Shown here: positions 29,055 to 39,560 of the stretch, one piece after another
Layout: the number at the start of each line of letters is the position of its first letter
Numbering within the stretch: position 1 is the first letter of the stretch
IMG/VR virus record: IMGVR_UViG_3300044591_000896
Location: 1 to 64,000 of that record
Source: a virus
DNA: 64,000 bases
Strand: one strand, 5' to 3'
Made by a program: the position numbers and the translations under genes
The notes under the pieces: model-generated
The model's database searches: none
What the model was told of the DNA's origin: nothing
Seen by the model: the letters and a program-made list of their open reading frames with translations, nothing else

Positions 29055-29402
29055 TATTCTATTATAGCATTTATGTCAGGTACTGACAATACCCTCTCTA
29101 CCGCCGCCGATTTCACTAATTGGGGTCAAATTTTCATGATATTGTATATGATAGTCTCTTAATTGATAAGTTACTGCACAATAGCATATAGGACAATTTG
29201 TGATCCATTGGGACTTATCTTCCCAATGCTTAGGCAACTATGAACTCAATCCCTTAAATGAATGGCATGCACATACGCCTACCACCTTGTATGTTCTATC
29301 TACTTCAGCTAGGTCATTATATGTTGCTACAGCCTGACAGTAGTGGCATTTCTCTTTTGGTTCCGCCTCTAAATAGGCTTCAAGGTTATCCAGGATACCC
29401 AT

Positions 29403-29627
29403 TTACTTATTCCTTGGGATAAGTGTTTGAGGTCCTTCTGTACCAAATAAGGACTTCTTAATAGGTACGCAATTAGGGACTCTCTTACCGCCCTTGTCCT
29501 TCATGCCTACCTGCTTGTATCCCGCCCAGCAAGCTTTCTCCATGTTGTTCCAATTGTCTTCTTCTTCGTTGTCAGACTCATATCCTTTTGAAATCTCTTC
29601 ATCTGAAAGATCTTTTGTATTATCCAT
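29403..29627 (-). CDS. Small phage protein with CW.GY...G.K......VPNCV motif
   Basis: Motif visible; leaderless start. Confidence 0.55.
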   Translation of the reverse strand: MDNTKDLSDEEISKGYESDNEEEDNWNNMEKACWAGYKQVGMKDKGGKRVPNCVPIKKSLFGTEGPQTLIPRNK

Positions 29628-29904
29628 AGTTACATTCTACCATATCTTATATTTCATTATGACCTTGCTTGCATTTCCTTTACTACCATCTCTTCCGCCT
29701 GGCCTTGGCTATGGCAATATCCATATGTTAATATCTCTCCGTGCTTATATAGAGTCCATTTATATGGCATTGGATCAAGCCTAAATGCTGAACGCTTATC
29801 TTGAACTCCGTCATGCTCTTCAATTTCATGATATATCATATGATAAATATACTATATACGACAGGTACTGTCAATATGTCTCTACCGCCGCACTTTTTTT
29901 TGCA

Positions 29905-30510
29905 CTAATTGAGATCAATATACTCGTATAGTCTTTGTGATAGTAGTTCATAAGACCTAAAAGCTCTATCTATACCTTCATGTTTACTAACTTCATTGCG
30001 ACAATATTGATAATACTGGTTATCCTTAGATGTAGCTATAAATACTTCATCACTCTGTGGCATAGCAAAAGTTGTAAGTTCTTTATCGCTACCAAGGGTT
30101 TTAAATATATAGTTAAATGCCCACCAAGGGTTTGTTTCAAAAGTAGTAAAGTCTACAACCATTAAGTTTTTATATTCATTTAACTTATGATATGTATCTG
30201 AGTAAGAGTTGATGATTCTAGATAACTGCTGCTCTATCATCTCTTTGGCTTCAAAAGAGTCTGAGACATTTTTGTGCGATTCATTTCTCTCAAGACTAAG
30301 TACAAGTTTAGAGGCTATTGCATCTATTGGATTTCTTACAACAGTAAGGATAGGACTGTCTTCTAAAATTTCAGCATTATTATTATCAAAGCGGTGCTGG
30401 TATATTATGTCAAAATTATCTACCTCTTGAGTAAGGTTCTCTCTTAAAAAATGAGATCCATGTCTAGGATATGTTATACAAAACAATTGTTTACTGTCTA
30501 TTGTCGACAT
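29905..30510 (-). CDS. Sulfotransferase-like protein
   Basis: TYPRHGSHFL (PSB-loop-like) and VVRNPIDAIAS. Confidence 0.6.
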   Translation of the reverse strand: MSTIDSKQLFCITYPRHGSHFLRENLTQEVDNFDIIYQHRFDNNNAEILEDSPILTVVRNPIDAIASKLVLSLERNESHKNVSDSFEAKEMIEQQLSRIINSYSDTYHKLNEYKNLMVVDFTTFETNPWWAFNYIFKTLGSDKELTTFAMPQSDEVFIATSKDNQYYQYCRNEVSKHEGIDRAFRSYELLSQRLYEYIDLN

Positions 30511-30898
30511 CTTTAATCCTCCTCCATCTACCGTATTTTGTTGGTACATCTAAACCTATGTACTCTTGACCAGTTTCTAGATCAATAAGTAGCCATTTGC
30601 CTGGAGCTTTTGTATGTATAGTCAAATCAACTGCTTTTGGAAACTCTTCAACTGTTGCCCCTTGGTACATCTTAGGCAAGAAGTTATACACACCATCAAG
30701 TAGTTTTCTCAATACTATTTTTCCAATCAACATACATCTTGTAATTATCATCTGCAATTTTAAACCAAGCAAGGCATTCTTTGCACATATAAAATGATCT
30801 AAATTTAGAAGTATACAGATGTAATTGTGAAGAGTCTATATTTTTTGCACAATGTCCACAAACTGCCTGCATAATTCCTCCATTATAATACTATTATA

Positions 30899-31201
30899 CT
30901 ACTTATTCTTTTCTTCCATATCAGTTAATGCTGATATTGCAGCCATCATATTTTCTTCTGGGATATCATTAAAATAATATCTTCCAGCCTCTTTGTCATG
31001 ACTCCAGCTTCTCCAACCATCAATACCAGGAAAATAAAGTGATCCAGTTTCCATTGATTCTGGGTCATCCATTATAGATTTAATGTAATCGTACATATGT
31101 ACTTCTTGAATAATTGAATTTCTTAATGGTGTCCACCAAAATAATTTATTAACTAGCCAATCAATCATTGTCTGGATCCTTTTCCCATGTAAGCTTTCCA
31201 T
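30899..31201 (-). CDS. Hypothetical protein
   Basis: ORF track; start uncertain. Confidence 0.45.
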   Translation of the reverse strand: MESLHGKRIQTMIDWLVNKLFWWTPLRNSIIQEVHMYDYIKSIMDDPESMETGSLYFPGIDGWRSWSHDKEAGRYYFNDIPEENMMAAISALTDMEEKNK

Positions 31202-31446
31202 CTTTATATACTGGCCAGTATCCTAGTGGGCGCCAGTCCATCTTCATAATCTTAGGCTCTTTCATTAGAAAGAGTTTCTAATCTGCTCTGCAATAAGTGC
31301 TTGGCTTCGTTCAAATTTACTAATCTTTGGCTTAGCTGACAGCCTCTTTAAATTCTTTTTCTGTCTCTTCATTTTAGATTGTGAGCTTGATGCATTATTT
31401 TTTTTCATATGTTTATTATACTATAACTAATAAAGCCTGACAATGG

Positions 31447-31911
31447 CTATAGTATTTTAAACCCGCCGCATTCTTTTAGAAATAAAGAAAACTCTACTAA
31501 ATCGTCTATGCGTGGCAAATAGTTATAGGCGTATGGTCTAGCCTTACCCTTGCCTTTACACTGCCTGCAAACGCCCTTAGAAGGGTGGAAAACGCCACTT
31601 CTGGTGATCCCAAAGCCTAGGCAAGCATAGCAGTCTACATCTGGCAGTGACTCTAGAAACTTCTGGCACTCATCTACATATATTTGTATTTTACCTATTT
31701 TAAAATCACTATTTATTCTATCAGACAAAGACAAACAGTCTTTTTTATTTAATGATCCTCCATCATTTGTGTGAGGACTATCAACCTTACGGGCTATTTC
31801 TGGGTACTCGTGCTCTATATATTCCCATAATGAATGCCAGCCCCAGATATTTCTTCTAAATACCTTACCTATATCAGATGTAGGCTTAATTCCATAAACA
31901 TCCATACCCAT
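31447..31911 (-). CDS. Hypothetical protein with DnaJ-type CxxCxGxG motifs
   Basis: CYACLGFG, CRQCKGKG. Confidence 0.6.
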   Translation of the reverse strand: MGMDVYGIKPTSDIGKVFRRNIWGWHSLWEYIEHEYPEIARKVDSPHTNDGGSLNKKDCLSLSDRINSDFKIGKIQIYVDECQKFLESLPDVDCYACLGFGITRSGVFHPSKGVCRQCKGKGKARPYAYNYLPRIDDLVEFSLFLKECGGFKIL

Positions 31912-32627
31912 TATTTGTGCACCTTTAAACTAGAATAAGCTTTATTGCTTACCTTTATATCAAGAGATGATCCCATATCCCAGTAGAATGTTTCCATTGG
32001 TCTTCTTGTTATATAGTTGTCCGTCCATTTTGAGTTAGCCCCATAATGAAGCATTGGTGCTTCTATGTCATTTAGAACATAAAACCATTCTTCATCTACA
32101 AATTTATCTATTGCTACGTTCCATACTGGCCATCCTGTTTCTTGGTCAGAGGCTATGCTATATGAATCAAGAGACTTTAATTTAGAAATCATTAATTCTA
32201 TAACCTCTTTTAGTATTGGGTTTTCTGGACTGCAACCAAAAAACCACATTGCATATTCTGTTTTTCTATCTGCTATTGGATTTTTGATTGGAATAAAGAA
32301 TGCATCTTTATCTTGTGGTAAAAAAGAATCTATATTGCTAAATGATATTACATCTATATCTATGTACACTCCACCAAACTTATATATAGATAAGTATCTC
32401 CAAAAATCTGCTTTAATCTGTGGATGATCTATCTTAAGATATATGTCTGCCATGTCCTGATCATAGTTATCTAGTATCATCTTGTAGCAGTCTTCGTGGG
32501 TTAGATACCTATATTCCCAGCCCTCATTATTGTTTTTCCAACTGTCAGAACAAACCTTAACATACTCTGGTAAATCATTATAATCTGATAAGCATGTCTG
32601 CCAAATTATCTTTGGGATGTTACTCAT
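31911..32627 (-). CDS. Glycosyltransferase, GT32/DXD (mannosyltransferase OCH1-like)
   Basis: IPKIIWQT, ADFWRY..IY..GGVYIDID. Confidence 0.85.
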   Translation of the reverse strand: MSNIPKIIWQTCLSDYNDLPEYVKVCSDSWKNNNEGWEYRYLTHEDCYKMILDNYDQDMADIYLKIDHPQIKADFWRYLSIYKFGGVYIDIDVISFSNIDSFLPQDKDAFFIPIKNPIADRKTEYAMWFFGCSPENPILKEVIELMISKLKSLDSYSIASDQETGWPVWNVAIDKFVDEEWFYVLNDIEAPMLHYGANSKWTDNYITRRPMETFYWDMGSSLDIKVSNKAYSSLKVHK

Positions 32628-33198
32628 TAACAGCGTCTCTTGGCATTATGTCTATGATTAAGTGTATTCTTTCCCCGCCCCTATTTTCTACAGAGTGCAC
32701 TCTATTGTTATTAATCTCCCAGCACTCACCAGATCTTAGATGCTTTCTCTCTCCACCTACACTAAAATAGACTCTATCGTTTGTTACAATAGGAATGTGA
32801 TGTCTTCTAACTAAGCCAAGGTAGTCTCCGCTGTCTGAGTGTGGGTCTATGTCGCTTTCTTCTGAAAGCTTTACTAGCAAAGCCCTGGCCAGCACTCCGT
32901 CACAAGAATACTCTAGCCCCTTAATTATTGGGTCAATCTCTTTCCATAAATCTTCATTGGAACTTGATCTATATGTAGTGAAAGGCTCTCCATAATTCCA
33001 TTCAATTGAGCAGGAATTAATTAAATATGAATGAGTAAAAGAATGTGGGTTCTTTCTATCTGGGTATTTATTATTCTGTCTGGTGGTGTCTATCAGCCAC
33101 TCAGACTCAAATTTAGAAACTATATCAATTATAGAATCAATATTAAATTTTCCTTTAAACTTAAAATTAAAGTTTTCTTCTGCTTTATTTAATATCAT
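32620..33198 (-). CDS. Aspartyl/asparaginyl beta-hydroxylase-like 2OG oxygenase
   Basis: I.PHSD, R.HIPIVTN, GECWEINN...HSV.N, RIHLIID. Confidence 0.82.
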   Translation of the reverse strand: MILNKAEENFNFKFKGKFNIDSIIDIVSKFESEWLIDTTRQNNKYPDRKNPHSFTHSYLINSCSIEWNYGEPFTTYRSSSNEDLWKEIDPIIKGLEYSCDGVLARALLVKLSEESDIDPHSDSGDYLGLVRRHHIPIVTNDRVYFSVGGERKHLRSGECWEINNNRVHSVENRGGERIHLIIDIMPRDAVNE

Positions 33199-33994
33199 TT
33201 TCTATACTCCTTACATAGTTATATATTGCATAATCAATATCATTTTGATCTAGTATCATCTGCTTCTCTTCTTCCGTCAACATTTCTTTTAGCTTTGATG
33301 TAGTATATTCTACACCATTATATGTAACTTCAGAAGGATTAACTCTTTTTTCTTTATTCCAGTTTATTGTAACCCCATAGTTATCTTTAAACCATTTTTG
33401 TTTCTTTGACATAAATTCATCAATGTTGTCTACTGTACCAACAATACTAAAAGAATCTATTTGCTTCTTAGCAAATTCAAGAGATGTTTTATCGTTATTT
33501 ACAAACCAAGTAAAAACTTTTCCATCATTAAATTTTCCTTCTTGCTCTAGTATAGCCTCGTCTTCTCTTATAAATTTAGATGCATTAAACAATCTTGAGT
33601 CTGTTGGATTACATATAAATCTTGCCTGATAGTTCTTGTGAGAGGCAGCATTTGGATCAGTAAACAAATAATATCTTAGTTTATCTACATATGAATCAAT
33701 ACTGTCGTACTCTTTTTGTCCTGCAAACTGTGGTTCATATATAAAATTAAAATAGCTAATTCTTGCATCTACTGGATGTCTAACAATGCAGGCAACCTCT
33801 ATGTCCTTCACAACATCAATTGGGTATGTACCAAAATGACCAGCAATATATGCCTGGTCATTTAGGTTTACATTGTGTGGGTAGTGCGTGTTGGTGTAAC
33901 TATTTATATCATTAGCATACAATGTAGTTCTAATATTTTCTTTTACAAACCTGCCAGCAGTTTTAGGTATATGCAAAAAGTATAACTGTTTCAT
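33185..33994 (-). CDS. Sulfotransferase family protein
   Basis: FLHIPKTAG, GHF, VRHPVDARISYFN, N.ID..IY. Confidence 0.8.
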   Translation of the reverse strand: MKQLYFLHIPKTAGRFVKENIRTTLYANDINSYTNTHYPHNVNLNDQAYIAGHFGTYPIDVVKDIEVACIVRHPVDARISYFNFIYEPQFAGQKEYDSIDSYVDKLRYYLFTDPNAASHKNYQARFICNPTDSRLFNASKFIREDEAILEQEGKFNDGKVFTWFVNNDKTSLEFAKKQIDSFSIVGTVDNIDEFMSKKQKWFKDNYGVTINWNKEKRVNPSEVTYNGVEYTTSKLKEMLTEEEKQMILDQNDIDYAIYNYVRSIENDIK

Positions 33995-34118
33995 TATACT
34001 TCTCTCATTTTACCGCATCTAGCACAAGCTTCATATGTCTTGCCAGTAAATGGGCAAGAACCAGCTGCAACAATATCGTGCCCAAGGATTGAGCATTTGA
34101 TTTTGCTAAACATAAAAA

Positions 34119-34376
34119 CTACTTAGTTGGTAGATGTTTAATTGTTGACTCGTAGTAGTCTGGTGTTGGGTTGTCGAACCAATTCTGTAGGTCCTCAAGA
34201 GACATGTCTCTTTTTTCTGATACAGGCTCCTGACCTTCTTGTGCGAAGGTAGCAACTGTTTCAAATGTTCCATCAGAATTTGGAGAGTATTCTACTCTAC
34301 CTATTTCAATTGTGAATCCGTGGTCGTAAGCTTCTCCAGATTCATCTACACCTTTTGATCCCGCTTTTGTAATCAT
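34119..34376 (-). CDS. Hypothetical protein
   Basis: Coupled to upstream oxygenase. Confidence 0.5.
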   Translation of the reverse strand: MITKAGSKGVDESGEAYDHGFTIEIGRVEYSPNSDGTFETVATFAQEGQEPVSEKRDMSLEDLQNWFDNPTPDYYESTIKHLPTK

Positions 34377-35263
34377 TTTTCTTCCTCTTCCTTAATGATC
34401 ATGTCGTTAATTACGCCCTCTGGCACACGACCTTCTTTTACTGCATTTTCTTGGTTTCTACGTGCATTAGACTTAATGTCTGCTGTAGTCAAGCTCTCTT
34501 TAAATCCAGGTGGTAGCTTAGACTCATCGTCAACTCCAGCGTATGGATCTTCTAGTAAAGGGTGGGCAACGCCATCCTTCCATTGTGTTTTTAATTGATA
34601 TTGATGAATTCTTTCTTTTAGAATCATCCTTTCCATTTCTTGCAATTCTGCTTCTGAGTACCATGCATCTGCGTAATCCCAAAAAATAACAATAGTGTAT
34701 CTAGTACCACTTGTTATTTCTGTAACGCTATGAATGTTTTCTACTCCTCCTGGGAAGGATACAAATGAGCCAGCTTCTGGGACTACTTCTAATCCATGAT
34801 CTCTAAACTTTAAAACACCACCAGTGTAATCTGGTTGTGAGTTTAGATAAATGCCAGCGTATTGCTTATTGTCGCTCCAGCCCATGTCATTACCTTCTAG
34901 ATCTGAGCTGTCTGAGTGATCATTTGCGTATGCACCTAGCTCCCATTTCTGGGCATGCATACTGTTAATTTTCATTGGTCTTCCAGCAGCATCTGAAACA
35001 TACTGAATCATTCTTTCACGAAGATTAGCCATGTACTCTTCAGTTATTGTTGTTCCATGCTCCTTAGTAAATGGAGAAACAACATGCATTCCATATGATC
35101 CATAAAAGCAGATAAATCTCCACTCTTCTTCGTTAGCATTGAAGAATTTAATTAGCTCATCGCACTCTTCCTTAGAAAGAAAGTTTTCGTATGACCAAAT
35201 TCCTGTTCCTCCGCCACCTAAAAGCTTACCGCCTAGTTGACTAACTACCTTTGTATCTGACAT
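34373..35263 (-). CDS. 2OG-Fe(II) oxygenase, prolyl 4-hydroxylase-like, with C-terminal extension
   Basis: ENFLS.EEC, HSD, IYLN...GG.L.F, H.V.EI.SG.RY. Confidence 0.85.
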   Translation of the reverse strand: MSDTKVVSQLGGKLLGGGGTGIWSYENFLSKEECDELIKFFNANEEEWRFICFYGSYGMHVVSPFTKEHGTTITEEYMANLRERMIQYVSDAAGRPMKINSMHAQKWELGAYANDHSDSSDLEGNDMGWSDNKQYAGIYLNSQPDYTGGVLKFRDHGLEVVPEAGSFVSFPGGVENIHSVTEITSGTRYTIVIFWDYADAWYSEAELQEMERMILKERIHQYQLKTQWKDGVAHPLLEDPYAGVDDESKLPPGFKESLTTADIKSNARRNQENAVKEGRVPEGVINDMIIKEEEEK

Positions 35264-35373
35264 GTTGTTCTCCTTTTAATGTTATGCAATAGATGAATCT
35301 ATTATTAAATCTACGGCATCGTCTAAAGAATTTGAGTGTTCTTTAGAGCAATTACCACATTCTTTACACATTG

Positions 35374-36264
35374 TTAAACTTTTTTACGTCCTGTTTTCTT
35401 TGGTGGCTTTGGAACATTGCTGGTTTCTCTACGAATACCATGTCTGTTTACATCCACTTTCATTCCCTGTCTAGGGTGTTTTTTTGTAGCTTCTCTACTT
35501 GTAACAGCACCAGAAGCCCCAGTGTTTGGTGGTGGGGTATTTCCAGTACCATCATTTTTTTTAAAACTATCAGACATTAATCAATGTCCTCTCCGTTTGA
35601 TCCTTTTGACTCAGAATTTTCATGAGCCAAGCTTTCTTCTGATTCTGATCCAAACATTGATGGTACAGAAACTAATCCAGTAGCTCCCACATCATATACA
35701 TTTTGGTTTGGCATTGCTACGCCCATAAAATCTTGGCTACTGCATCCACATAAAGCGCACATTATTACTTACCGTTTGCGCCTAATCCTGCTCCATCTTG
35801 TGAAGACTTATCTGTTGATGCAAATGCTCCTGCTGGTGCTTCTGTGTAGTTCTCTGTTGGCCATGGTGATGCACCTGCTGGCTTTACTTCGTTGAATCCT
35901 GTTAAATTTAATCCGTCTGACATTTTATTTCTCCTATAGGTTATTTATTTAAGCGGGACTAGTATTCCGCTTATAAGACTATTATAGCATTTAGTTGATT
36001 AGGATCTGTAATACTCGTGCCAGCAGTCATCACAGATATCTATGATTCCGCCTTCTGGTTTAGCGGCTATTTTTTTTGCCTTTTTGCCACAGCCGTTCCA
36101 TTCACACAAATCACCAAGCATTATTTAGATCCTTTGGCCGTCTGGCCACGGTATCCCGTCTTCTTTTTATTCATAGACCCTGGCTTTTTATACCCAGCCC
36201 CATTAGGCGTAGCCGCAATTCTTTGCTCTAAAGCCTTTTTAATTTTATCGTGATGCTTTCCCAT
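35374..36264 (-). other. Small basic/low-complexity ORFs (35374-35577, 35577-35762, 35765-35923, 36121-36264)
   Basis: Coupled ORFs with AGGAG RBS; functions unknown. Confidence 0.5.
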
Positions 36265-36482
36265 TATTTAACCTTACTTCCAAACTTGTTCCATGCTCTT
36301 TCATGTAAGAAAAAGCCAACTATCTCGCAACCAGTGTATACGAGTGCAAATGCACCAGCATATTCCCAGTGAGCTTCCCCAGTAATAGCCTTTTCAAAAA
36401 AATAAACTAATGTTCCAACGAATCCAATATGAACTATTGGCCATGTGATTGATTTATATAAACTTCTTTTGTTTGATTCCAT
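36264..36482 (-). CDS. DUF2061 family membrane protein
   Basis: RSLYKSITW...FFLHERAW. Confidence 0.7.
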   Translation of the reverse strand: MESNKRSLYKSITWPIVHIGFVGTLVYFFEKAITGEAHWEYAGAFALVYTGCEIVGFFLHERAWNKFGSKVK

Positions 36483-36536
36483 TGTTTTATTATACTCTCT
36501 ATTGTATAAAAGTTCAATAGGTAGAACTTTTATTTA

Positions 36537-37148
36537 TTAAAGCCAACTTCTAAATTGCAAAGATGCTCTTGGTGCTGAAACTTCTATTTGATGATATATA
36601 CCTTCTGGGAAAAATAAAAAGTCCCCTGGATTCATCTCAAATGTTTTTTGATATTTAATTGGATCTTCCCCCATGAGACTTTTGTCTGAAATTGTCCAGT
36701 AAGTTTGCCCCTGACACTGTAAAGAAAATGCTGACCAATTATCTTTATGACTTAAGTTTTGATAAGGGCCTACACATACTTTTGGCCCAGCTAAGTTTAT
36801 TGATATTCCACATTCTTGTTCTAATGTTTCTGTCATTTTAAAAATTTCTGGGAAATATTTTTTAAATCTTTCTTTTACATATGCCCCATTATCAATTCCA
36901 TTGAGCGCATTAATATATAAATTTTTACCAACAATAACCGTTCCATTCAACTTTTCATTATTACCAGCGACTATAGTAGCAAGATCATTGTCTGTTGGTT
37001 CCTGCCATTCCTCATAAATGCAATTTAAAAAATCTTGCCATGAAGGAATGTGATCTTCGCCTATAAAATTCTTAAAATATGCTGGCTCAAATTTATCGGC
37101 TGCATCTTTAATTGTTTTTTTAAATTCTTCTAAGTTATAGTTGATCAT
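36537..37148 (-). CDS. JmjC/cupin-4 family oxygenase
   Basis: HKD...LQCQG...W...PGDFLFFPEG.YH. Confidence 0.8.
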   Translation of the reverse strand: MINYNLEEFKKTIKDAADKFEPAYFKNFIGEDHIPSWQDFLNCIYEEWQEPTDNDLATIVAGNNEKLNGTVIVGKNLYINALNGIDNGAYVKERFKKYFPEIFKMTETLEQECGISINLAGPKVCVGPYQNLSHKDNWSAFSLQCQGQTYWTISDKSLMGEDPIKYQKTFEMNPGDFLFFPEGIYHQIEVSAPRASLQFRSWL

Positions 37149-37163
37149 ATATTAATTTTACCA

Positions 37164-37196
37164 TAAGAGGCTGGGGATCAGGCCCCAGCCTCTTAA
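37164..37196. terminator. Hairpin terminator
   Basis: TAAGAGGCTGGGG-ATCAGG-CCCCAGCCTCTTA. Confidence 0.7.
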
Positions 37197-37204
37197 AGTG
37201 TTAT

Positions 37205-38305
37205 TTACTTCTTAAGTGCAACCTTTGCCTTTGGGTTCTTGGCGTTCCACTTTTTAGCAAGAGCATTGTACTCCGCCTTATACTTTGCTGCTGATGCTGC
37301 TGCTGCAACATCGTTTGCTGCCTTGGCTGTTGCTGCATCTGTTGCTGCCTTAGCAACTGCATCTGCAAGAGCCTTATCTGCTGCAACCTTATCTGCTGCA
37401 CGTCCAGCCTTCTCTGCTGCAAGAACATTTGCTGCTGCCTGTGCATCAAGTGCACGTCCAGCCTTCTCTGCTGCAAGCTGTGCTGTGAGTGTAGCGACTG
37501 TTCCATTTAGATCTGAAACAGAAAACGCTGCCTGTGCTGCCTTTGTTGGTGCTGCTAATCCAGCAACTGTTGCTGCTGATGTTGCACCTGTTACAACAAC
37601 TGTAACTGTTCCAGCAACGCCAACTGCAAGTGATGCAGTCTTTGAGCCAGCAACTAGAGTTGTGTCTGCTGTTGCTTCTGCTGTTGTAGAAGTAACGAGT
37701 GTCTTTGTGATTGTGCCATCTGAGAAAGTTGAGCCAAGAACTGTTGCAGTAATTGTCTCACCTGTCAAGATTGCGTTTCCAAACACGTCTGTAGCAGATA
37801 CGGTAATTGTTGGAATAGTTCCAACTGCTGATGCTGCTGGGACTGCAACTGCAACATTTGATGCTGCTCCTGCTGTGCCCTTAATGTAAACAATAGTTGA
37901 GTAAGCACCATTTGTGATGGTAACTGTTCCAACCTTTACGCTTGTTGTATAAGCGTAAACAGTTACTGCTGATCCAGCAGATGTTACTGACAGTGTTGAT
38001 ACACCAGACGCAATTGTCTTAGGTGCATCTGTTGTGTGTAGTGCAGTTACAAGCTTAACTGTATCTGAAGCTACAAATGATACTACAGTGCCTGTGTCAG
38101 CTGTTGCTGCTAATGCTACTGATGTTCCAGATGTAATCTGGTTTGCTGCTGGTACCGCAACTGTTGCGGGTGCTGCAGAAGTTGTTGCGTTAGTTACTGT
38201 TGCAACTGTAACGGCTAATGGTGCTGCCGAAGACGGTGCTACAGAAACAGTGATAATTGCTAGAGCTGCAGCAGTAGCAATTGATAGTTTCTTAAATGAC
38301 TTCAT
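37205..38305 (-). CDS. Secreted Ala/Thr-rich surface protein (Ig-like plus C-terminal coiled coil)
   Basis: Signal peptide MKSFKKLSIATAAALA...SSA; ATDVFGN Ig motif. Confidence 0.65.
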   Translation of the reverse strand: MKSFKKLSIATAAALAIITVSVAPSSAAPLAVTVATVTNATTSAAPATVAVPAANQITSGTSVALAATADTGTVVSFVASDTVKLVTALHTTDAPKTIASGVSTLSVTSAGSAVTVYAYTTSVKVGTVTITNGAYSTIVYIKGTAGAASNVAVAVPAASAVGTIPTITVSATDVFGNAILTGETITATVLGSTFSDGTITKTLVTSTTAEATADTTLVAGSKTASLAVGVAGTVTVVVTGATSAATVAGLAAPTKAAQAAFSVSDLNGTVATLTAQLAAEKAGRALDAQAAANVLAAEKAGRAADKVAADKALADAVAKAATDAATAKAANDVAAAASAAKYKAEYNALAKKWNAKNPKAKVALKK

Positions 38306-38352
38306 TTAATTTATTCTCCTTGTTTCCTCTGTCTCTAGGTGAGAACAGAATG

Positions 38353-38544
38353 TTAGTTTAAGTTGTTTATTCTTACTTGGAATGAGCACGGATCTCCGCC
38401 TTCATCCCATTCTTGCATTTCTTCTTCTGTCATAGGCGAACCATCATGAGTATTGCAAAATACATCAGAAATCCATCCACGATCAAAACCATTCTTTAAC
38501 CAAATTTCAAACTCCATGAAGTCATTGTCTGAGTTTATATCCAT
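38353..38544 (-). CDS. Hypothetical protein
   Basis: C.THDG...GGDPC motif; coupled. Confidence 0.5.
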   Translation of the reverse strand: MDINSDNDFMEFEIWLKNGFDRGWISDVFCNTHDGSPMTEEEMQEWDEGGDPCSFQVRINNLN

Positions 38545-38837
38545 TCAGACAACTCCTTTATTAGAATATGCTTTGGCTTGGCACCAGTAATAGTCTTGAC
38601 TGGCTTGCCATCTACAAATAGTACCATAGTTGGAATTGAATGTACAGCAAATTCTGCTGATTTGGTAGGATTCTCATCAACATTTAACTTTCCAACCCAT
38701 AATCCAGCCTCATTAGATATCTCATCTAATATTGGCGAGAGCATTTTGCATGGGCCACACCAAGGTGCCCAAAAATCAATAAGCACAACTTTATGGGATT
38801 GAATGACAGAGTCAAATGTATTATCTGTTACTATCAT
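38535..38837 (-). CDS. trxA: Thioredoxin
   Basis: DFWAPWCGPCK; SIPT. Confidence 0.93.
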   Translation of the reverse strand: MIVTDNTFDSVIQSHKVVLIDFWAPWCGPCKMLSPILDEISNEAGLWVGKLNVDENPTKSAEFAVHSIPTMVLFVDGKPVKTITGAKPKHILIKELSEWI

Positions 38838-39304
38838 AGCGAGTCCACGTGTGTAGGCCAATAGTAATTGCAATTTTCACAACAGGTATAACCAATCTCT
38901 TTATAATCTGCATACTCACTATAGAAGTAGTAGTGAATAGGATCCTTTTCAAACAATCTTCCCTTATGAGTATAATGAACCTGGTCTTCTCCTAGCCACC
39001 AAGGTCTATCTGACTCTAATCCCAGAAAGTTTTCTTTATATATCTCATCGAACAAGGCGTGAGTTGTATTCTTATACCCACGTAGGATTATATCTCGAAC
39101 AATGGCTTCATTGTAAAGGAACAACCAATCTTCATGTCCCCTCCACATTTTGACTGCTGGGTGGTTAGACCAAGCTCCAGTTTCATATAGTCCAGCAAGT
39201 GACTTTAGAATCTGTAAATTTTCAACGCTTTGTTTAATTAATCGCTTTCTATCAAGATGCTTTGCAGTTTCTTGAAAGTCCGCCTCTGGTAGAAATGTTT
39301 GCAT
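38834..39304 (-). CDS. Pyrimidine-dimer DNA glycosylase-like (MSMEG_6728 family)
   Basis: MQTFLP...LD.KRL.KQ.VE..QIL; W.NHPAVKMW.G. Confidence 0.8.
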   Translation of the reverse strand: MQTFLPEADFQETAKHLDRKRLIKQSVENLQILKSLAGLYETGAWSNHPAVKMWRGHEDWLFLYNEAIVRDIILRGYKNTTHALFDEIYKENFLGLESDRPWWLGEDQVHYTHKGRLFEKDPIHYYFYSEYADYKEIGYTCCENCNYYWPTHVDSL

Positions 39305-39344
39305 GATACCTATCTTACTAAATTAACAAGAACTGGTCAAGTAA

Positions 39345-39560
39345 CTAGTCTTGATCTTTTAATTCATCTGCTGCTGCATTAAATTTATTCATAAAGTTTT
39401 GAATAACAAATACAGTAGTCTCATGTGCATTCTTTGACATGGCACTAAATGCTTGCTGATTTCTTTCTTCTTCAGGAAGTGCTGCTGACCACTTATTGTA
39501 CAGGTCAGTAGCAACATCCTCGATGATTCCTTCTAGTACCGTTTGCTTATTTTCATCCAT
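39345..39560 (-). CDS. Hypothetical protein
   Basis: Overlaps stop of the S8 gene. Confidence 0.5.
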   Translation of the reverse strand: MDENKQTVLEGIIEDVATDLYNKWSAALPEEERNQQAFSAMSKNAHETTVFVIQNFMNKFNAAADELKDQD

